Virus record (IMG/VR): IMGVR_UViG_3300036790_000060
Location: 1-64,000 of that record
Origin: a virus
DNA length: 64,000 bases
Direction: 5' to 3' (one strand)
Shown: in pieces, positions 1 through 9,269 of the stretch
Layout: the number at the start of each line of letters is the position of its first letter
How positions within the stretch are numbered: position 1 is the stretch's first letter
Notes under the pieces: model-generated
The model's database searches: none
What the model was told of the DNA's origin: nothing
The model's input: the letters and a program-made list of their open reading frames with translations, nothing else
Program-made: the position numbers and the translations under genes

Positions 1-278
1 ATCGCCACGTGGTAGTCGTCGTGAACTTCGACATCGTATTCCAGATTAAGAAGTTCCGTAACCCTGTGTTTTTGAAGCGCTGCCAGCGGCGCGCCGGGCT
101 TCTTGAATTCGATCAGGAACGGCTTCCCGCCCGACATCAGGAAGAGGCGATCCGGCCACCCAGCGTCGAACTTGAGGTTCATCTGGATGGACCGGATGCC
201 GTACAGGCGAAGCGCGTCCGCGCATACCCGGTCGCGGATCGGGTTTTCGCGCTGGTAGCGGAGGACGCGCGTGGTCAT
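1..278 (-). CDS. VRR-NUC domain nuclease (runs off the left edge of the window)
   Basis: Hand-translated from ATG 278: ...GWPDRLFLMSGGKPFLIEFKKPGAPLAALQKHRVTELLNLEYDVEVHD, the PD...ExK...Q pattern of VRR-NUC; ATGA overlap with the upstream ORF. Confidence 0.85.
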   Translation of the reverse strand, partial: MTTRVLRYQRENPIRDRVCADALRLYGIRSIQMNLKFDAGWPDRLFLMSGGKPFLIEFKKPGAPLAALQKHRVTELLNLEYDVEVHDDYHVA

Positions 279-625
279 TTCTGTTTCATCCGGCTATCGA
301 GTCGTTCCCGCAAACATTTCGTGATCTCGTCCTCCGATCGACCGAAGTGGGCGACCGCCTCTTCGGTCGTCGTGCATACCACGCCGCAGTGGAAGCAAGT
401 GAAGACCGCCGATGCCGCCGTCCACTTCCGCGCCAGCTGGAGCGGGTCGTGATGACAGGTTTCCACGGTATGGCCGGAGTCGCCGCAAACCATGCACCCG
501 GTCTGAGGTTCCCCGCGCCGCATCGACCGGCGCTGGAAATAGGCGTTGCGGAGGTCGGATATCGCTTCCACGTAATCGATATCCCCCCATCCGTCACGGT
601 AGCAAACGCCCGGTTCGATCGTCAT
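275..625 (-). CDS. Hypothetical Cys/His-rich (putative zinc-binding) protein
   Basis: CxxC..H..C and CxxC..H motifs; overlaps both neighbours by 4 nt. Confidence 0.65.
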   Translation of the reverse strand: MTIEPGVCYRDGWGDIDYVEAISDLRNAYFQRRSMRRGEPQTGCMVCGDSGHTVETCHHDPLQLARKWTAASAVFTCFHCGVVCTTTEEAVAHFGRSEDEITKCLRERLDSRMKQK

Positions 626-1167
626 TCCCTAGCGTCCTCCTTCACGAGCAGCCTAACCGCGTGCTCGGCCTGGCACTCCGCGTCGCTGAGCGCGTTATGG
701 TGCGTGCCGGGCGGACGGATCAGCTTGATGTTCGGATGCTGCATCTTAATCGTCCGATAGCAGCGGACAGCGTAGGGCTTCCACGGGATGTCGAACCCGC
801 ACTTCCGGAACGCGGCGGCGAGGATGGGCGGATCGAAGTCGGCGCCGTTCCCGTAGATCAGGACCTCCATGTTCAGGAAACCGCAGACGTAATCGTGGAA
901 ACGGGATAGCGCGAGTCCAAGCGACTCCGTCGCCGGGGTGTCCGACAGGACCTTCCGCGCTTCGTCGCTCTGCCCGCTCCACCATATCAGCGTATCCGGG
1001 TCTTCTTTCAGACCGGCGTTCAGGCACGTCTTCCGGCTGATCATCGTGTAGAACGGGTTGCCGACGCCGCTCACCTTGCTGAACGTCGCCGCCCCGATCG
1101 ACAGGATGGAACACCCCGGCGCCGTCCCTAGGGTCTCCAGATCGACCATTATCCTTACCGTCGTCAT
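622..1167 (-). CDS. DEDD-family 3'-5' exonuclease (phage RNase T-like)
   Basis: MVDLETLG, ILSIGA, GNGADFD and HNALSDA motifs. Confidence 0.9.
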   Translation of the reverse strand: MTTVRIMVDLETLGTAPGCSILSIGAATFSKVSGVGNPFYTMISRKTCLNAGLKEDPDTLIWWSGQSDEARKVLSDTPATESLGLALSRFHDYVCGFLNMEVLIYGNGADFDPPILAAAFRKCGFDIPWKPYAVRCYRTIKMQHPNIKLIRPPGTHHNALSDAECQAEHAVRLLVKEDARE

Positions 1168-1169
1168 GT

Positions 1170-2036
1170 TCAGAAAGCTCCTACTTCGATGAGTTTACGC
1201 AGCTGGATGAAGCCGTCGAAGTTGCCGTGAAGATCGGGTCTCGACCAGGTCCCGTAGCCGTGCACCGGACTGCGTCCGTAGACGTCCGGCGTACACTGAT
1301 GCTCGGCCGGTGACGCGTGTCGCGGACGGCTCCCCACCAGCTTATCGTAAAGCGCTGCGTCTTCCTCGACCGTCGAAGCCTTCGCTTCGTGGGTCAGATA
1401 GGAGACGCGGGCGCAGCGGGCGACCGACACCTTGCGGAGAATGCAGGTCGGATCGGTGATGCCGCCGTGGTCATCGATCTCGTTCGACCGGACATACGGC
1501 AGGTGCCATTCGCCCGGTCGACGAAGGACCGGCGTGCTATTCGCTAGCGCGTCCATGATCGAGTCTGCCAGTTCGTGCATCTCCGGCATCGCCGCTTCGT
1601 GACAGCGGAGTTCGCGGAAGTTCGCCCATTCGGTCGAAGTGACGACCGTGTTGATGTGGGAGAACGGCTCGATGATCCGGTTGACGATCTGCTTATGCGC
1701 GCCGGACGCCGCCATTATCGACGCCGCTTGGACAGCTTCGTGTCGTGCGCGCGCCCACCACGTCTTGACGGCGACCAACGCCTCGCCGGTCAGTTCTTCC
1801 GCAGCCTGCATCCCCGGCTGGTCCTTGCCCCAGAACGACGGATTAACCGGATCGCTGATGCAGTCGGCAATCAGGCGCCTTACCGGGATCGCCCGCGACG
1901 ACGACGAATTGCGGGTGAACTTACGGTGGGTCAGGAACTCACCGTGGATGAACTTCGGATATCGAAGCTGGAGCGACGCCGCCCGTTCGTTGTTCGGGCT
2001 AACCGAATGGCATATGATATGGGCACGTATCGTCAT
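1170..2036 (-). CDS. thyX: Flavin-dependent thymidylate synthase (ThyX/Thy1-like)
   Basis: EFLTHRKFTRNSSSSRAIP variant of the RHRxxSxxxxSxR motif; HKQIVNR, SVARCARVSY and HASPAEH motifs typical of phage Thy1. Confidence 0.85.
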   Translation of the reverse strand: MTIRAHIICHSVSPNNERAASLQLRYPKFIHGEFLTHRKFTRNSSSSRAIPVRRLIADCISDPVNPSFWGKDQPGMQAAEELTGEALVAVKTWWARARHEAVQAASIMAASGAHKQIVNRIIEPFSHINTVVTSTEWANFRELRCHEAAMPEMHELADSIMDALANSTPVLRRPGEWHLPYVRSNEIDDHGGITDPTCILRKVSVARCARVSYLTHEAKASTVEEDAALYDKLVGSRPRHASPAEHQCTPDVYGRSPVHGYGTWSRPDLHGNFDGFIQLRKLIEVGAF

Positions 2037-2281
2037 GACTTGTCCTTCGATGATAGAGTAGCCGTTCCGGTGCGTAGAATGCCGATCGGTGGTGCGTGGA
2101 CCTTCATGGCCATCGGCGAATTATCGATCACCTTCGTCCTGCACGTGGTGCAGATGAGGTTCCCGCTTTCCCACGCCATCGGCGACTCGCACGCGACGAG
2201 CGTGACCTTCTTATCGCGCGGACACTTGAGTACCATCGTCTCGTCCTTAGACCTACGGTGGTAAGTCGCCCCGTGCTTCAT
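2033..2281 (-). CDS. Small hypothetical protein, possible zinc ribbon (start uncertain, 2281 or 2236)
   Basis: CPRD...CTTC; ATGA overlaps with neighbours. Confidence 0.5.
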   Translation of the reverse strand: MKHGATYHRRSKDETMVLKCPRDKKVTLVACESPMAWESGNLICTTCRTKVIDNSPMAMKVHAPPIGILRTGTATLSSKDKS

Positions 2282-2472
2282 GGCGATCGCGGCGAGTTCC
2301 GCATCCGGTCGGTCTCGGCCGCGATGTAAGCGACCGCCTCCGCCGCCGGGGTGCCGGTGATCGATATCTGCGGACTGCCGGTGACGTGCACGACGCATCC
2401 GCCGCTACCCTCGTCCGTGACCATCGTGATGTGGTAAGGATTGACGTAATGGATACCGACTTTGATGAACAT
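2278..2472 (-). CDS. Small hypothetical protein
   Basis: MFIKVGIHYVNPYHIT...; fills the gap in the tightly packed operon. Confidence 0.55.
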   Translation of the reverse strand: MFIKVGIHYVNPYHITMVTDEGSGGCVVHVTGSPQISITGTPAAEAVAYIAAETDRMRNSPRSP

Positions 2473-2473
2473 T

Positions 2474-2719
2474 TCAGCCCCCTTCGTGCTTCCGTTTGGC
2501 GATTTCATCGTTCAGATACCACGCCGCCTTTTCGAGGTCTTCGACGTCGGAACCCTTCTCGTCCACGCGCCAGATGTATTTAACCGCGTTGCCAAGGTTG
2601 AAACCCATATGCCGCGTGATCTGGATACATTCGATCCCGGACGGGTGCGACGTGTAGTGCGGCGGGCGGTTCACCATGTCCGGCTTCGACACGGTGGTTC
2701 GAGTGGATACGCGCTTCAT
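2474..2719 (-). CDS. DUF3310 family protein (T7 gp1.7-like nucleotide kinase family)
   Basis: DMVNRPPHY, GIECI, GNAVKYIWR and EDLEKAAWYL signature. Confidence 0.9.
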   Translation of the reverse strand: MKRVSTRTTVSKPDMVNRPPHYTSHPSGIECIQITRHMGFNLGNAVKYIWRVDEKGSDVEDLEKAAWYLNDEIAKRKHEGG

Positions 2720-2733
2720 ACAAGTCCTCCCTT

Positions 2734-3477
2734 TCAGAATTTACACTGACCGCCGCCCGCCGCCTTGTTCCCCGATCTGAAAAAACAGCTATAGCAAAAG
2801 CGGTTCGGCTTCGGCGCGAACGTCTTGTCGTTCAGCATCGGCCTTACCCGCTTTTCCCACTCCTTCTTGAGGCGCGGCAGATCGGCCGGGGTGTACACCT
2901 TCTCGTTGCCCGGTTCCGGATAGATGATCTCGTGGTCGAGGAAGTGGAGGCGCGGGATGATCCGGAGGTTCGGCCCCTTATCGGCATATATGATTAGCCC
3001 CGCCGCCGCGTACAGGTCCAGCTGGAGCATGTAATCCTCCAGGTTGTATTCCGGGCTGAACTTCCCGGTCTTATGATCGACGACCGACAGCGTCATGTTA
3101 TCGCTGAAATACGCGCAGTCGAGCTTAACGCGGAGCCAGCATCCGGCCCAGTCGTTCCACGTCGTCCGGGTCCAGTCCCTCCGGAACGCCCAGGTCTCTT
3201 CGATCGCGATCAGGCCCGGCCGCTTCTTGTAAAGCGCCTTCATCTTCTTGAAGAAGTTCTGGAACAGGCTCAGTTCCGCCGGCAGCTTCTTGATTTCGCC
3301 CTTAATGAACGCATCCGCGAGCTTGTGGATATCGTCGCCGCGTTTCATCGGGGCGGACTGCGGTTCCTTGATCTTTTCCAGTGCCGACATCTTGAGTTTG
3401 AACGGGCACTGATCGTAAGCCTTGTAACGGCTAAACGACCAGCTGGTGATCGTCGTCGGTTTCGCCCAGGCCATCAC
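2734..3477 (-). CDS. PD-(D/E)XK exonuclease (Cas4/RecB-like)
   Basis: WSFSRY..YDQCP, RGDDIH, KLD...VVDHKTGK, QLDLYA and a C-terminal CxxC..C cluster. Confidence 0.85.
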   Translation of the reverse strand: MMAWAKPTTITSWSFSRYKAYDQCPFKLKMSALEKIKEPQSAPMKRGDDIHKLADAFIKGEIKKLPAELSLFQNFFKKMKALYKKRPGLIAIEETWAFRRDWTRTTWNDWAGCWLRVKLDCAYFSDNMTLSVVDHKTGKFSPEYNLEDYMLQLDLYAAAGLIIYADKGPNLRIIPRLHFLDHEIIYPEPGNEKVYTPADLPRLKKEWEKRVRPMLNDKTFAPKPNRFCYSCFFRSGNKAAGGGQCKF

Positions 3478-3677
3478 AGCACCCCCGATATTATCACGGA
3501 CTTGACAGTAGGCGTCCCGATGATCGTCAAGGACCGCGAATGGTCCTGCTTGAGCGCGTCCTTAGCGGCATTGATAGCCATAAGGTGCGTGCGTTCGATA
3601 GATGTCGCATCGGATATGTCGACGCTGACGTGTATCTCTATCGCCGCCGTCATTATCACGGATACGCTGAAGGCCAT
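3474..3677 (-). CDS. Hypothetical protein
   Basis: ORF coupled to both neighbours. Confidence 0.55.
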   Translation of the reverse strand: MAFSVSVIMTAAIEIHVSVDISDATSIERTHLMAINAAKDALKQDHSRSLTIIGTPTVKSVIISGVL

Positions 3678-3943
3678 CAGTTAATGCTCCCGTTTCCACG
3701 TTCGTGTTCCGGCGCCACTTCGATCTTCGTATCATCGAACGGCAACCCGAGGTTCTGTGCCATCTGCACGAAGAGCTTCTGGATGAACTCCAGGTACAGT
3801 TCCTTGCACTTCGGGTCGGCGACGACCGTCAGGGCGACCGATGAAAGCAGGACCGCATGCTTCATCGTGTCCGGCTTCGCCAGGTAGGCGTTCCACATCT
3901 TGCCTTCCGATCGGATGGCGATGCGGATTTCAGGATTTTCCAT
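3677..3943 (-). CDS. Hypothetical protein
   Basis: ORF with an AGGA RBS; fits the operon. Confidence 0.6.
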   Translation of the reverse strand: MENPEIRIAIRSEGKMWNAYLAKPDTMKHAVLLSSVALTVVADPKCKELYLEFIQKLFVQMAQNLGLPFDDTKIEVAPEHERGNGSIN

Positions 3944-3971
3944 TCATACATTCCTTTTTGATCAGTTGCCC

Positions 3972-6131
3972 TTACGCCGAGACGCGCTCCTTGACCACCT
4001 GCCGCTTCTGCGGCGGCAGCTTACCCGCCACGCGTTTGCCTTTCTTATCGAAATCCTTCATCACGCTCCAGTTATCCGGCGACCACGATCCTTCCGAAAG
4101 TATCTTGACGTCGAATTCCACGGACTCCATCGCTTCGCGCAGCGCTTCCTGGCATTCGACCAGGTCACCGGCGGGAACCGATACCACGATTTCGTCGTGC
4201 ACCTGTAGGATCATCCGCCACCCGCGATTATGCTGGCGGTGGACGTACTCCATGAACCGGATCATCCCTTCTTTCGTGCAGTCGGCCGCCGATCCCTGGA
4301 CCAGGACGTTGATCATCTTGTAGTCGAACGTCTGTATCCGGCCGTCGATGATCCTCGGTGGTTCGCAGTAGTATTCGCGCCCGCCCCAGGTCCGGATCGG
4401 CTGGTTCGATCGCGCCCGCAGCTTCATGTCCTTACCCATGTCCTTGAGCCCCGGATAAAGGGCCAGGATGGCGTTCTTCAGGTCCTGGGTAGCTTCGACC
4501 GTCTCCCCGTTCTTGAACGCCAGGGACGGGACGCCCTGCCCATAGATGATACCCAGGTTGATGTTCTTAACCGGCTTGCGCTTGAACGGCCGGTTGAATA
4601 TCCGCTCTAGGTGGAACTTCGCGTTATCGTGGTAATCGATCCACGGGTCAGCCTGATACTGGGCCAGAAGGGCGCCATCCTCGAAATGGGCCAGGATGCG
4701 CGGCTCCTGCTGGCTGTAATCGCGCCCGACCAGGACATGGCCCTTCGAATAGGGGACGATGTAGCCCCTGCAAAGAGGCAGAGAGGGTAAATCCTTCCAG
4801 GGGCACGACGGTAGGCGGTTCGCCGCCGCCCTCTCTTCGGCCGTCTGGGAGGCCGCAAGGGCTTCTTCCTTGAAGATCGGTTCGAATTCCTTGGGGATAT
4901 TCTGGAAGTTAGGCGTCGAAGAGAACCGCCCGGTTCGCGCCCCGGCGTCGGCGCCGCGTATCTGGTTCCACGTCGTGAAGATAAACCCGCCCGATCGGAT
5001 CGCCATCGCCAGCCACGGCTTCATGAACGTGTTCAGACACGTCTTAAGCTGGGTGGCGTATTTCATGACGGCCGACAGCACCTTATCGGCGACACCGACG
5101 TCCAGCGCGTTCTTATCCGACTTGACCTTCCCGGTCTTCGTGATCCCCATCGCGGCGACGTCCGCCAGACCGGCGGCGACCAGCGCCGCGACGACCTGCT
5201 GGCCGGAGTCGACGTTGAATTCCGGATCGCCGTCTACGCCGAGCCGCTGCTTGATGTACGTGTCGAGCCTGGTGACGATGTCACCGTAACGCGCCACGTC
5301 CGCCCGCAGACGCGGCAGGTCGACTCGTATTCCGCTGCGCTCCATCCCGAGGAGGATTGGAGTGAGACGCCGTTCGCGATCATAGGCTGGCAGCATTTCC
5401 CGCTGGGCGAGAGATGGATAAAGATGCTCGAAGAGTCTGACGGTGCGATCAACGTCCCCGATCGCGTATGGCCCCGCAACAGCAGGCGGCGCCCAAGCGA
5501 TGTATTTTCCATACGGTTCTTTCCCCTTCGGTGACCGGCTGATCTTGACGCCTTCGACCGGCTGGTTTTCCACTAGCCAGTCGGCGACCGCGTCGCGTTC
5601 TTCCGGCGGCTGGCCCAGGATGCTTTCGGCCGCTTCCTTCAGGCCCACGAACCGGATGTGGGGATCATGCAAAAATAGCATGAAGGTGGTATCATGCGCG
5701 TGACGCCACGGCGGCAGTTCCAGGCCGAAGTGTACTTCTGCCACGTCCAGGTCGAACTTTGCGTGGTGGAACAGGATGCCGTCCGGATTAGCATAGGCGG
5801 CTCGTAACGCGGCACTGGCTTCCTCCTTCGTGCAGTTGTTCGCCCCGCGCAGGTGTCCCCACGCGTAGTATTTCGCCTTCTTGCCCCACGGCTTGATCGC
5901 GACACCGACCGGCTCGGGCGGGTAATCCGGTCGTCCTTCGATGCCCATCGTTTCGAAGTCGATCGTCGTGACCTTCGGTATCTTCACGGCTTTCGTAGCA
6001 GCCGGCTTCTTCGGCGCGATCGGTTGAGGATCGGGCACGGTGAGTTCTTCCGTGTCCCGATCCCATCCGTCGTCGCCCGGCGGGACCGGCTGCCCCGTCG
6101 CATAGTATGGCTCCCGCCGTTTAACACCCAT
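3972..6131 (-). CDS. DNA polymerase, family A, with 3'-5' exonuclease
   Basis: ExoI IDFET, ExoII HHAKFD, ExoIII YAIGD; TGRFSS.PNFQNIP; motif A DYSQQEPRILAH; motif B RKPVKNINLGIIYG; motif C QVHDEI. Confidence 0.97.
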   Translation of the reverse strand: MGVKRREPYYATGQPVPPGDDGWDRDTEELTVPDPQPIAPKKPAATKAVKIPKVTTIDFETMGIEGRPDYPPEPVGVAIKPWGKKAKYYAWGHLRGANNCTKEEASAALRAAYANPDGILFHHAKFDLDVAEVHFGLELPPWRHAHDTTFMLFLHDPHIRFVGLKEAAESILGQPPEERDAVADWLVENQPVEGVKISRSPKGKEPYGKYIAWAPPAVAGPYAIGDVDRTVRLFEHLYPSLAQREMLPAYDRERRLTPILLGMERSGIRVDLPRLRADVARYGDIVTRLDTYIKQRLGVDGDPEFNVDSGQQVVAALVAAGLADVAAMGITKTGKVKSDKNALDVGVADKVLSAVMKYATQLKTCLNTFMKPWLAMAIRSGGFIFTTWNQIRGADAGARTGRFSSTPNFQNIPKEFEPIFKEEALAASQTAEERAAANRLPSCPWKDLPSLPLCRGYIVPYSKGHVLVGRDYSQQEPRILAHFEDGALLAQYQADPWIDYHDNAKFHLERIFNRPFKRKPVKNINLGIIYGQGVPSLAFKNGETVEATQDLKNAILALYPGLKDMGKDMKLRARSNQPIRTWGGREYYCEPPRIIDGRIQTFDYKMINVLVQGSAADCTKEGMIRFMEYVHRQHNRGWRMILQVHDEIVVSVPAGDLVECQEALREAMESVEFDVKILSEGSWSPDNWSVMKDFDKKGKRVAGKLPPQKRQVVKERVSA

Positions 6132-6132
6132 A

Positions 6133-6678
6133 TCAGACGATCTCCAGGTCTTCCCATTCGCCGATCTTCACGGGCACGCCGCCAGCGTCCTTCTTCATGA
6201 CGCCTCTCGTCGGATCGTAGACCGCGAAGCACGGCGCGTCGCGCGTGTCGACCAGGCATTCGCCGTTATCATCGAAGTGATCGAGCGGCGCGATCGCGTA
6301 GAAGTATGCCTTGTCCGGACCTTTGGAATTCGGGCCGACGAGCCAGTAGGTCGTCCCGCCAAGCCGAACCTGCGGCAGGCGGTCGTTCACGATCGTCACC
6401 ATGTTTTCCAGCGCCGCTATGGACTCCGGCGTCTGCCACTTGCCTTCGTTCGCCTTGCGCCACGTGATCATCGCCTGCGCGCATTCCAGCGCTTCCACGA
6501 TCTGCGGAAGATCGTCCATCGGACGTTCGCCCGCCATCACCTGGGCAGCGCGCGTCGTCGCCCATTCGGTGACGAATAGCGGCGCGGTCTCGTCGCGCGC
6601 CAGCAGGACGAACACCGGCTCGTCCGTCAACGCTTTTTCGATACAGTCGAACCGCCCAGGCTTTTCCTTCGTTCCCAT
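6133..6678 (-). CDS. Hypothetical phage protein
   Basis: AAGGAG RBS; EPVFVLLARD..AP motif of a type seen in phage hypothetical proteins. Confidence 0.7.
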   Translation of the reverse strand: MGTKEKPGRFDCIEKALTDEPVFVLLARDETAPLFVTEWATTRAAQVMAGERPMDDLPQIVEALECAQAMITWRKANEGKWQTPESIAALENMVTIVNDRLPQVRLGGTTYWLVGPNSKGPDKAYFYAIAPLDHFDDNGECLVDTRDAPCFAVYDPTRGVMKKDAGGVPVKIGEWEDLEIV

Positions 6679-6826
6679 GTCATCGTCTCCTTCTGGATAT
6701 GAACGGGGTTACTCTCCACCCCGGAAGTCATACCACTAGGCAGGTATCGCCCTCCGCAGGCCCCGCCGGGTGCAAGCTGGGGAAATGAAGATGCCACGAA
6801 ACCCATCCCGGCGTGCTGCAAGCTGG

Positions 6827-7051
6827 TTAAGGCGTGTAGTCGGCGGGCGCGACGAGCGCGACGGTCGGTTCGTTCAGATCGACCACCTGCCAGCACGGGT
6901 TATCCATAGGGTTGTGTTCCAGGCGGCTGTCGAAGAACACGCACGCCGCTTCGCCGCTATCGAATGGCCCGACCAGGCGGACGCGGTGCTTCTCGCCGCC
7001 GTTCGGTCCATCAGCGTTGTTGAGATTACTACTCACTACCACGTATAGCAT
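6827..7051 (-). CDS. Hypothetical protein
   Basis: ORF in the operon. Confidence 0.5.
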   Translation of the reverse strand: MLYVVVSSNLNNADGPNGGEKHRVRLVGPFDSGEAACVFFDSRLEHNPMDNPCWQVVDLNEPTVALVAPADYTP

Positions 7052-7328
7052 CGTCCGTTTTCTCCTGTTGTTTCGCCAGTTCCGGGAACCGAGCGATTAC
7101 CGTTTTCAGCCACGCGATATGGATCGTCTCCGGGTATCGGCCCTTGTAGTGGCTTGCGCCGTTCCGGAAGACCATCTTCGGGTTATCAAACACCGCCTCC
7201 TTACCGCGTTTCCCGCGTCCCCAGCGGCGGAATGTCCATACCTTGCCGTCCCTACCGGTGAAGGTCATCCCCGGCGTCAGGACGTCCTTCAGGACGTCCT
7301 CCGCACGTGTTTCAGTACTTCTTGGCAC
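7029..7328 (-). CDS. Hypothetical protein
   Basis: ORF in the operon. Confidence 0.5.
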   Translation of the reverse strand: MPRSTETRAEDVLKDVLTPGMTFTGRDGKVWTFRRWGRGKRGKEAVFDNPKMVFRNGASHYKGRYPETIHIAWLKTVIARFPELAKQQEKTDDAIRGSE

Positions 7329-8172
7329 CGCGCTTCACTTCTGGCCGCTGGCTAACCGGCGGCGCCTTCCCCCGGCCGCCCTTCGCTGGCGCGGCTGGCG
7401 CCTGTTCCTCGACGTCCAGGTTGTAGGGTTGTTCGATCATCGTGGCGACGTCCTTGTTCCGCTTCATCATAAGCGGGATCAGGCTGTTCGGGATCGTCGA
7501 GAGCGGTTCGAACGTCACCTTGATCTGGGTCTTCGGATCGGGGCCGAGCGTCACCCTTGTGAAGATACCGTGCGGCGGGCGGCGAAGCGTCCCCGCGACC
7601 TGCTTGACGAACGCGGCGTAGCCCTTGACCGACGTTGGCGGCAGCTTCATGAACGCGGCGCTCACCGACGTAAAGTGATCCTCGTCATCGAACGCGGTGA
7701 ACCGCCCCTGCGCGTCGAACTGACCGGCCGGGATCATCGCGATCCGGCGCCGGTTCCCGCACGCCTTGCCCTTCCCCTTATCGGCTGTCCCGAACTCGTT
7801 CATCGGGCAGCCACGGCAGGTCTCGTTCTGTGCCTGGTCGTGCTCCACAACGGTTTTATGCGGCGCCAGGGTGGTATCGTCCCGGCCGAACGCGAAGCAG
7901 GTCGGCGGCGTCAGTGCGTTCGCATCATAGGCGCCTTCGTAGAAGACGTTCTCCAGGATGGAGTCGATGATCACGACGGCCATCGTGTTGCCGGGGATCG
8001 GCGCATCGTTGAGGGATAGGATGCCGCCCTTGAGGGAGAAGTAGTTACCGCCCCCGGTATTGGCTTCCATCGCCGCAGCGACTTCAGCCTGTTTTGCCAT
8101 CTCCTCGTCCCAGTTGGTGACGGCGGTCGTCTGCGACGCGGCGGCTGCCGCGACCTTTGCTGCTCTTGCCAT
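7312..8172 (-). CDS. Putative ssDNA-binding/annealing protein
   Basis: PTCFA, CRGCPMNEFGT..KGKAC and KLPPTS motifs; AAGGA RBS; position upstream of PolA. Function is inferred. Confidence 0.6.
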   Translation of the reverse strand: MARAAKVAAAAASQTTAVTNWDEEMAKQAEVAAAMEANTGGGNYFSLKGGILSLNDAPIPGNTMAVVIIDSILENVFYEGAYDANALTPPTCFAFGRDDTTLAPHKTVVEHDQAQNETCRGCPMNEFGTADKGKGKACGNRRRIAMIPAGQFDAQGRFTAFDDEDHFTSVSAAFMKLPPTSVKGYAAFVKQVAGTLRRPPHGIFTRVTLGPDPKTQIKVTFEPLSTIPNSLIPLMMKRNKDVATMIEQPYNLDVEEQAPAAPAKGGRGKAPPVSQRPEVKRGAKKY

Positions 8173-8213
8173 TCGGTTCTCAGTTCCTTCGGTTCTCAGG
8201 TTCTTTGCGTAGG

Positions 8214-8387
8214 CTAGTTCGTCTTCTTCGGCGGTTCACGCCAGCCCTTCGTAACGTGGCAGCGACGTCCACCCAGTAGGATGATGTCGCCGTCGAAGTA
8301 GGCCGGATCGCGCACCCGTCGAACGTTCGGATAATACACGAGCCGGTGACGCTTGTAAACTTTGTTGTATTCAGTCTTGTATGGCAT
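8214..8387 (-). CDS. Small hypothetical protein (57 aa, not in ORF track)
   Basis: Hand-translated MPYKTEYNKVYKRH...KKTN*; TGATG coupling to the upstream ORF. Confidence 0.5.
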   Translation of the reverse strand: MPYKTEYNKVYKRHRLVYYPNVRRVRDPAYFDGDIILLGGRRCHVTKGWREPPKKTN

Positions 8388-8623
8388 CAGTCAATCTCCA
8401 GGGCGAAGCGCACCGCGTCGATCGCGTGTTCCAGATCGCGCAGCTCCCGCAGGAGCGTGACGCAGTTCGTCTCGTAATCGGGGTGACCCGGCGGACGCTT
8501 CGGGTGGTAGCTGTCCATCCCGAAGCGCTGGATCTTCCCGAACGCCTTCAGGACCTCGCCGATCTCCTCCACCATGTGGTCCAGCTTGCCGTTCACCGTC
8601 GCCGGCAGATACCTATCTTCCAT
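8387..8623 (-). CDS. MazG-like helical protein
   Basis: HMVEEIGEVL...LRELRDL resembles the EExxE..ExxD NTP-pyrophosphohydrolase pattern. Confidence 0.5.
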   Translation of the reverse strand: MEDRYLPATVNGKLDHMVEEIGEVLKAFGKIQRFGMDSYHPKRPPGHPDYETNCVTLLRELRDLEHAIDAVRFALEID

Positions 8624-8703
8624 TACCCCTACCTTTCATCTGGTTAACGCGATTATGACGCAGGCGTAAAGTACACCGACTGCTATCGCTCCGAGCCAGT
8701 ATG

Positions 8704-8976
8704 TCATCCCCGCCCCCACCGTTCCGCATCCTTTGGTGGCGGTCGGAGATACCGCCAGTGGGTCGGGTTAAGCGTGACGCCTAGTTCCCCGGTCCAACAG
8801 GGCGGCCGCATCAGCGGTTCCCACCAGCCGATGCAGATGCCTACGTTCAGGTCGGTGTTCGGGCCCACCATATCCGGGCAGTAGACTTCCAAATAGATGG
8901 CGTCGATCGTCCGGCCGCGCACTACGGACTTCGGGGCGGTTTCGATCGGCGCCCAGCCATTATTCTCCTTGTTCAT
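8704..8976 (-). CDS. DUF551-like phage protein
   Basis: WAPIETAPK...PTHWRYL.PPP signature. Confidence 0.7.
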   Translation of the reverse strand: MNKENNGWAPIETAPKSVVRGRTIDAIYLEVYCPDMVGPNTDLNVGICIGWWEPLMRPPCWTGELGVTLNPTHWRYLRPPPKDAERWGRG

Positions 8977-9269
8977 CTCACCACCAAGCAATGAAGGACG
9001 TAAACGTGGGTAGGATCGTCCACGGTATAATCCCACTCTTCCGGAAGCGGCGTGTTATGCCCCGCGTAGAAGTAGTTCTGGTTGGGCTTGAGCGTCACCG
9101 GGATGCTCTCCTTCCGCCCGACGTGTTCCAGCACGCCTTGGACGTAGGTAGCGTCTGGGAAGTGCCGGCGGATATCTCGGTGCGAGATGCTGATCCGCCG
9201 TCCCGCCGCGTCGCCCGTCAAGCCATTATGACGGACGACGACCGGGATGATCTTGCAGGCTTCGGTCAC
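8973..9269 (-). CDS. Hypothetical protein
   Basis: ORF coupled to both neighbours. Confidence 0.55.
   Translation of the reverse strand: MTEACKIIPVVVRHNGLTGDAAGRRISISHRDIRRHFPDATYVQGVLEHVGRKESIPVTLKPNQNYFYAGHNTPLPEEWDYTVDDPTHVYVLHCLVVR

Noticed and set aside
1-278. Frameshift in the VRR-NUC gene
   Set aside because: Re-reading across the line break gives a continuous frame (HRVTELLNLEYDVEVHD).
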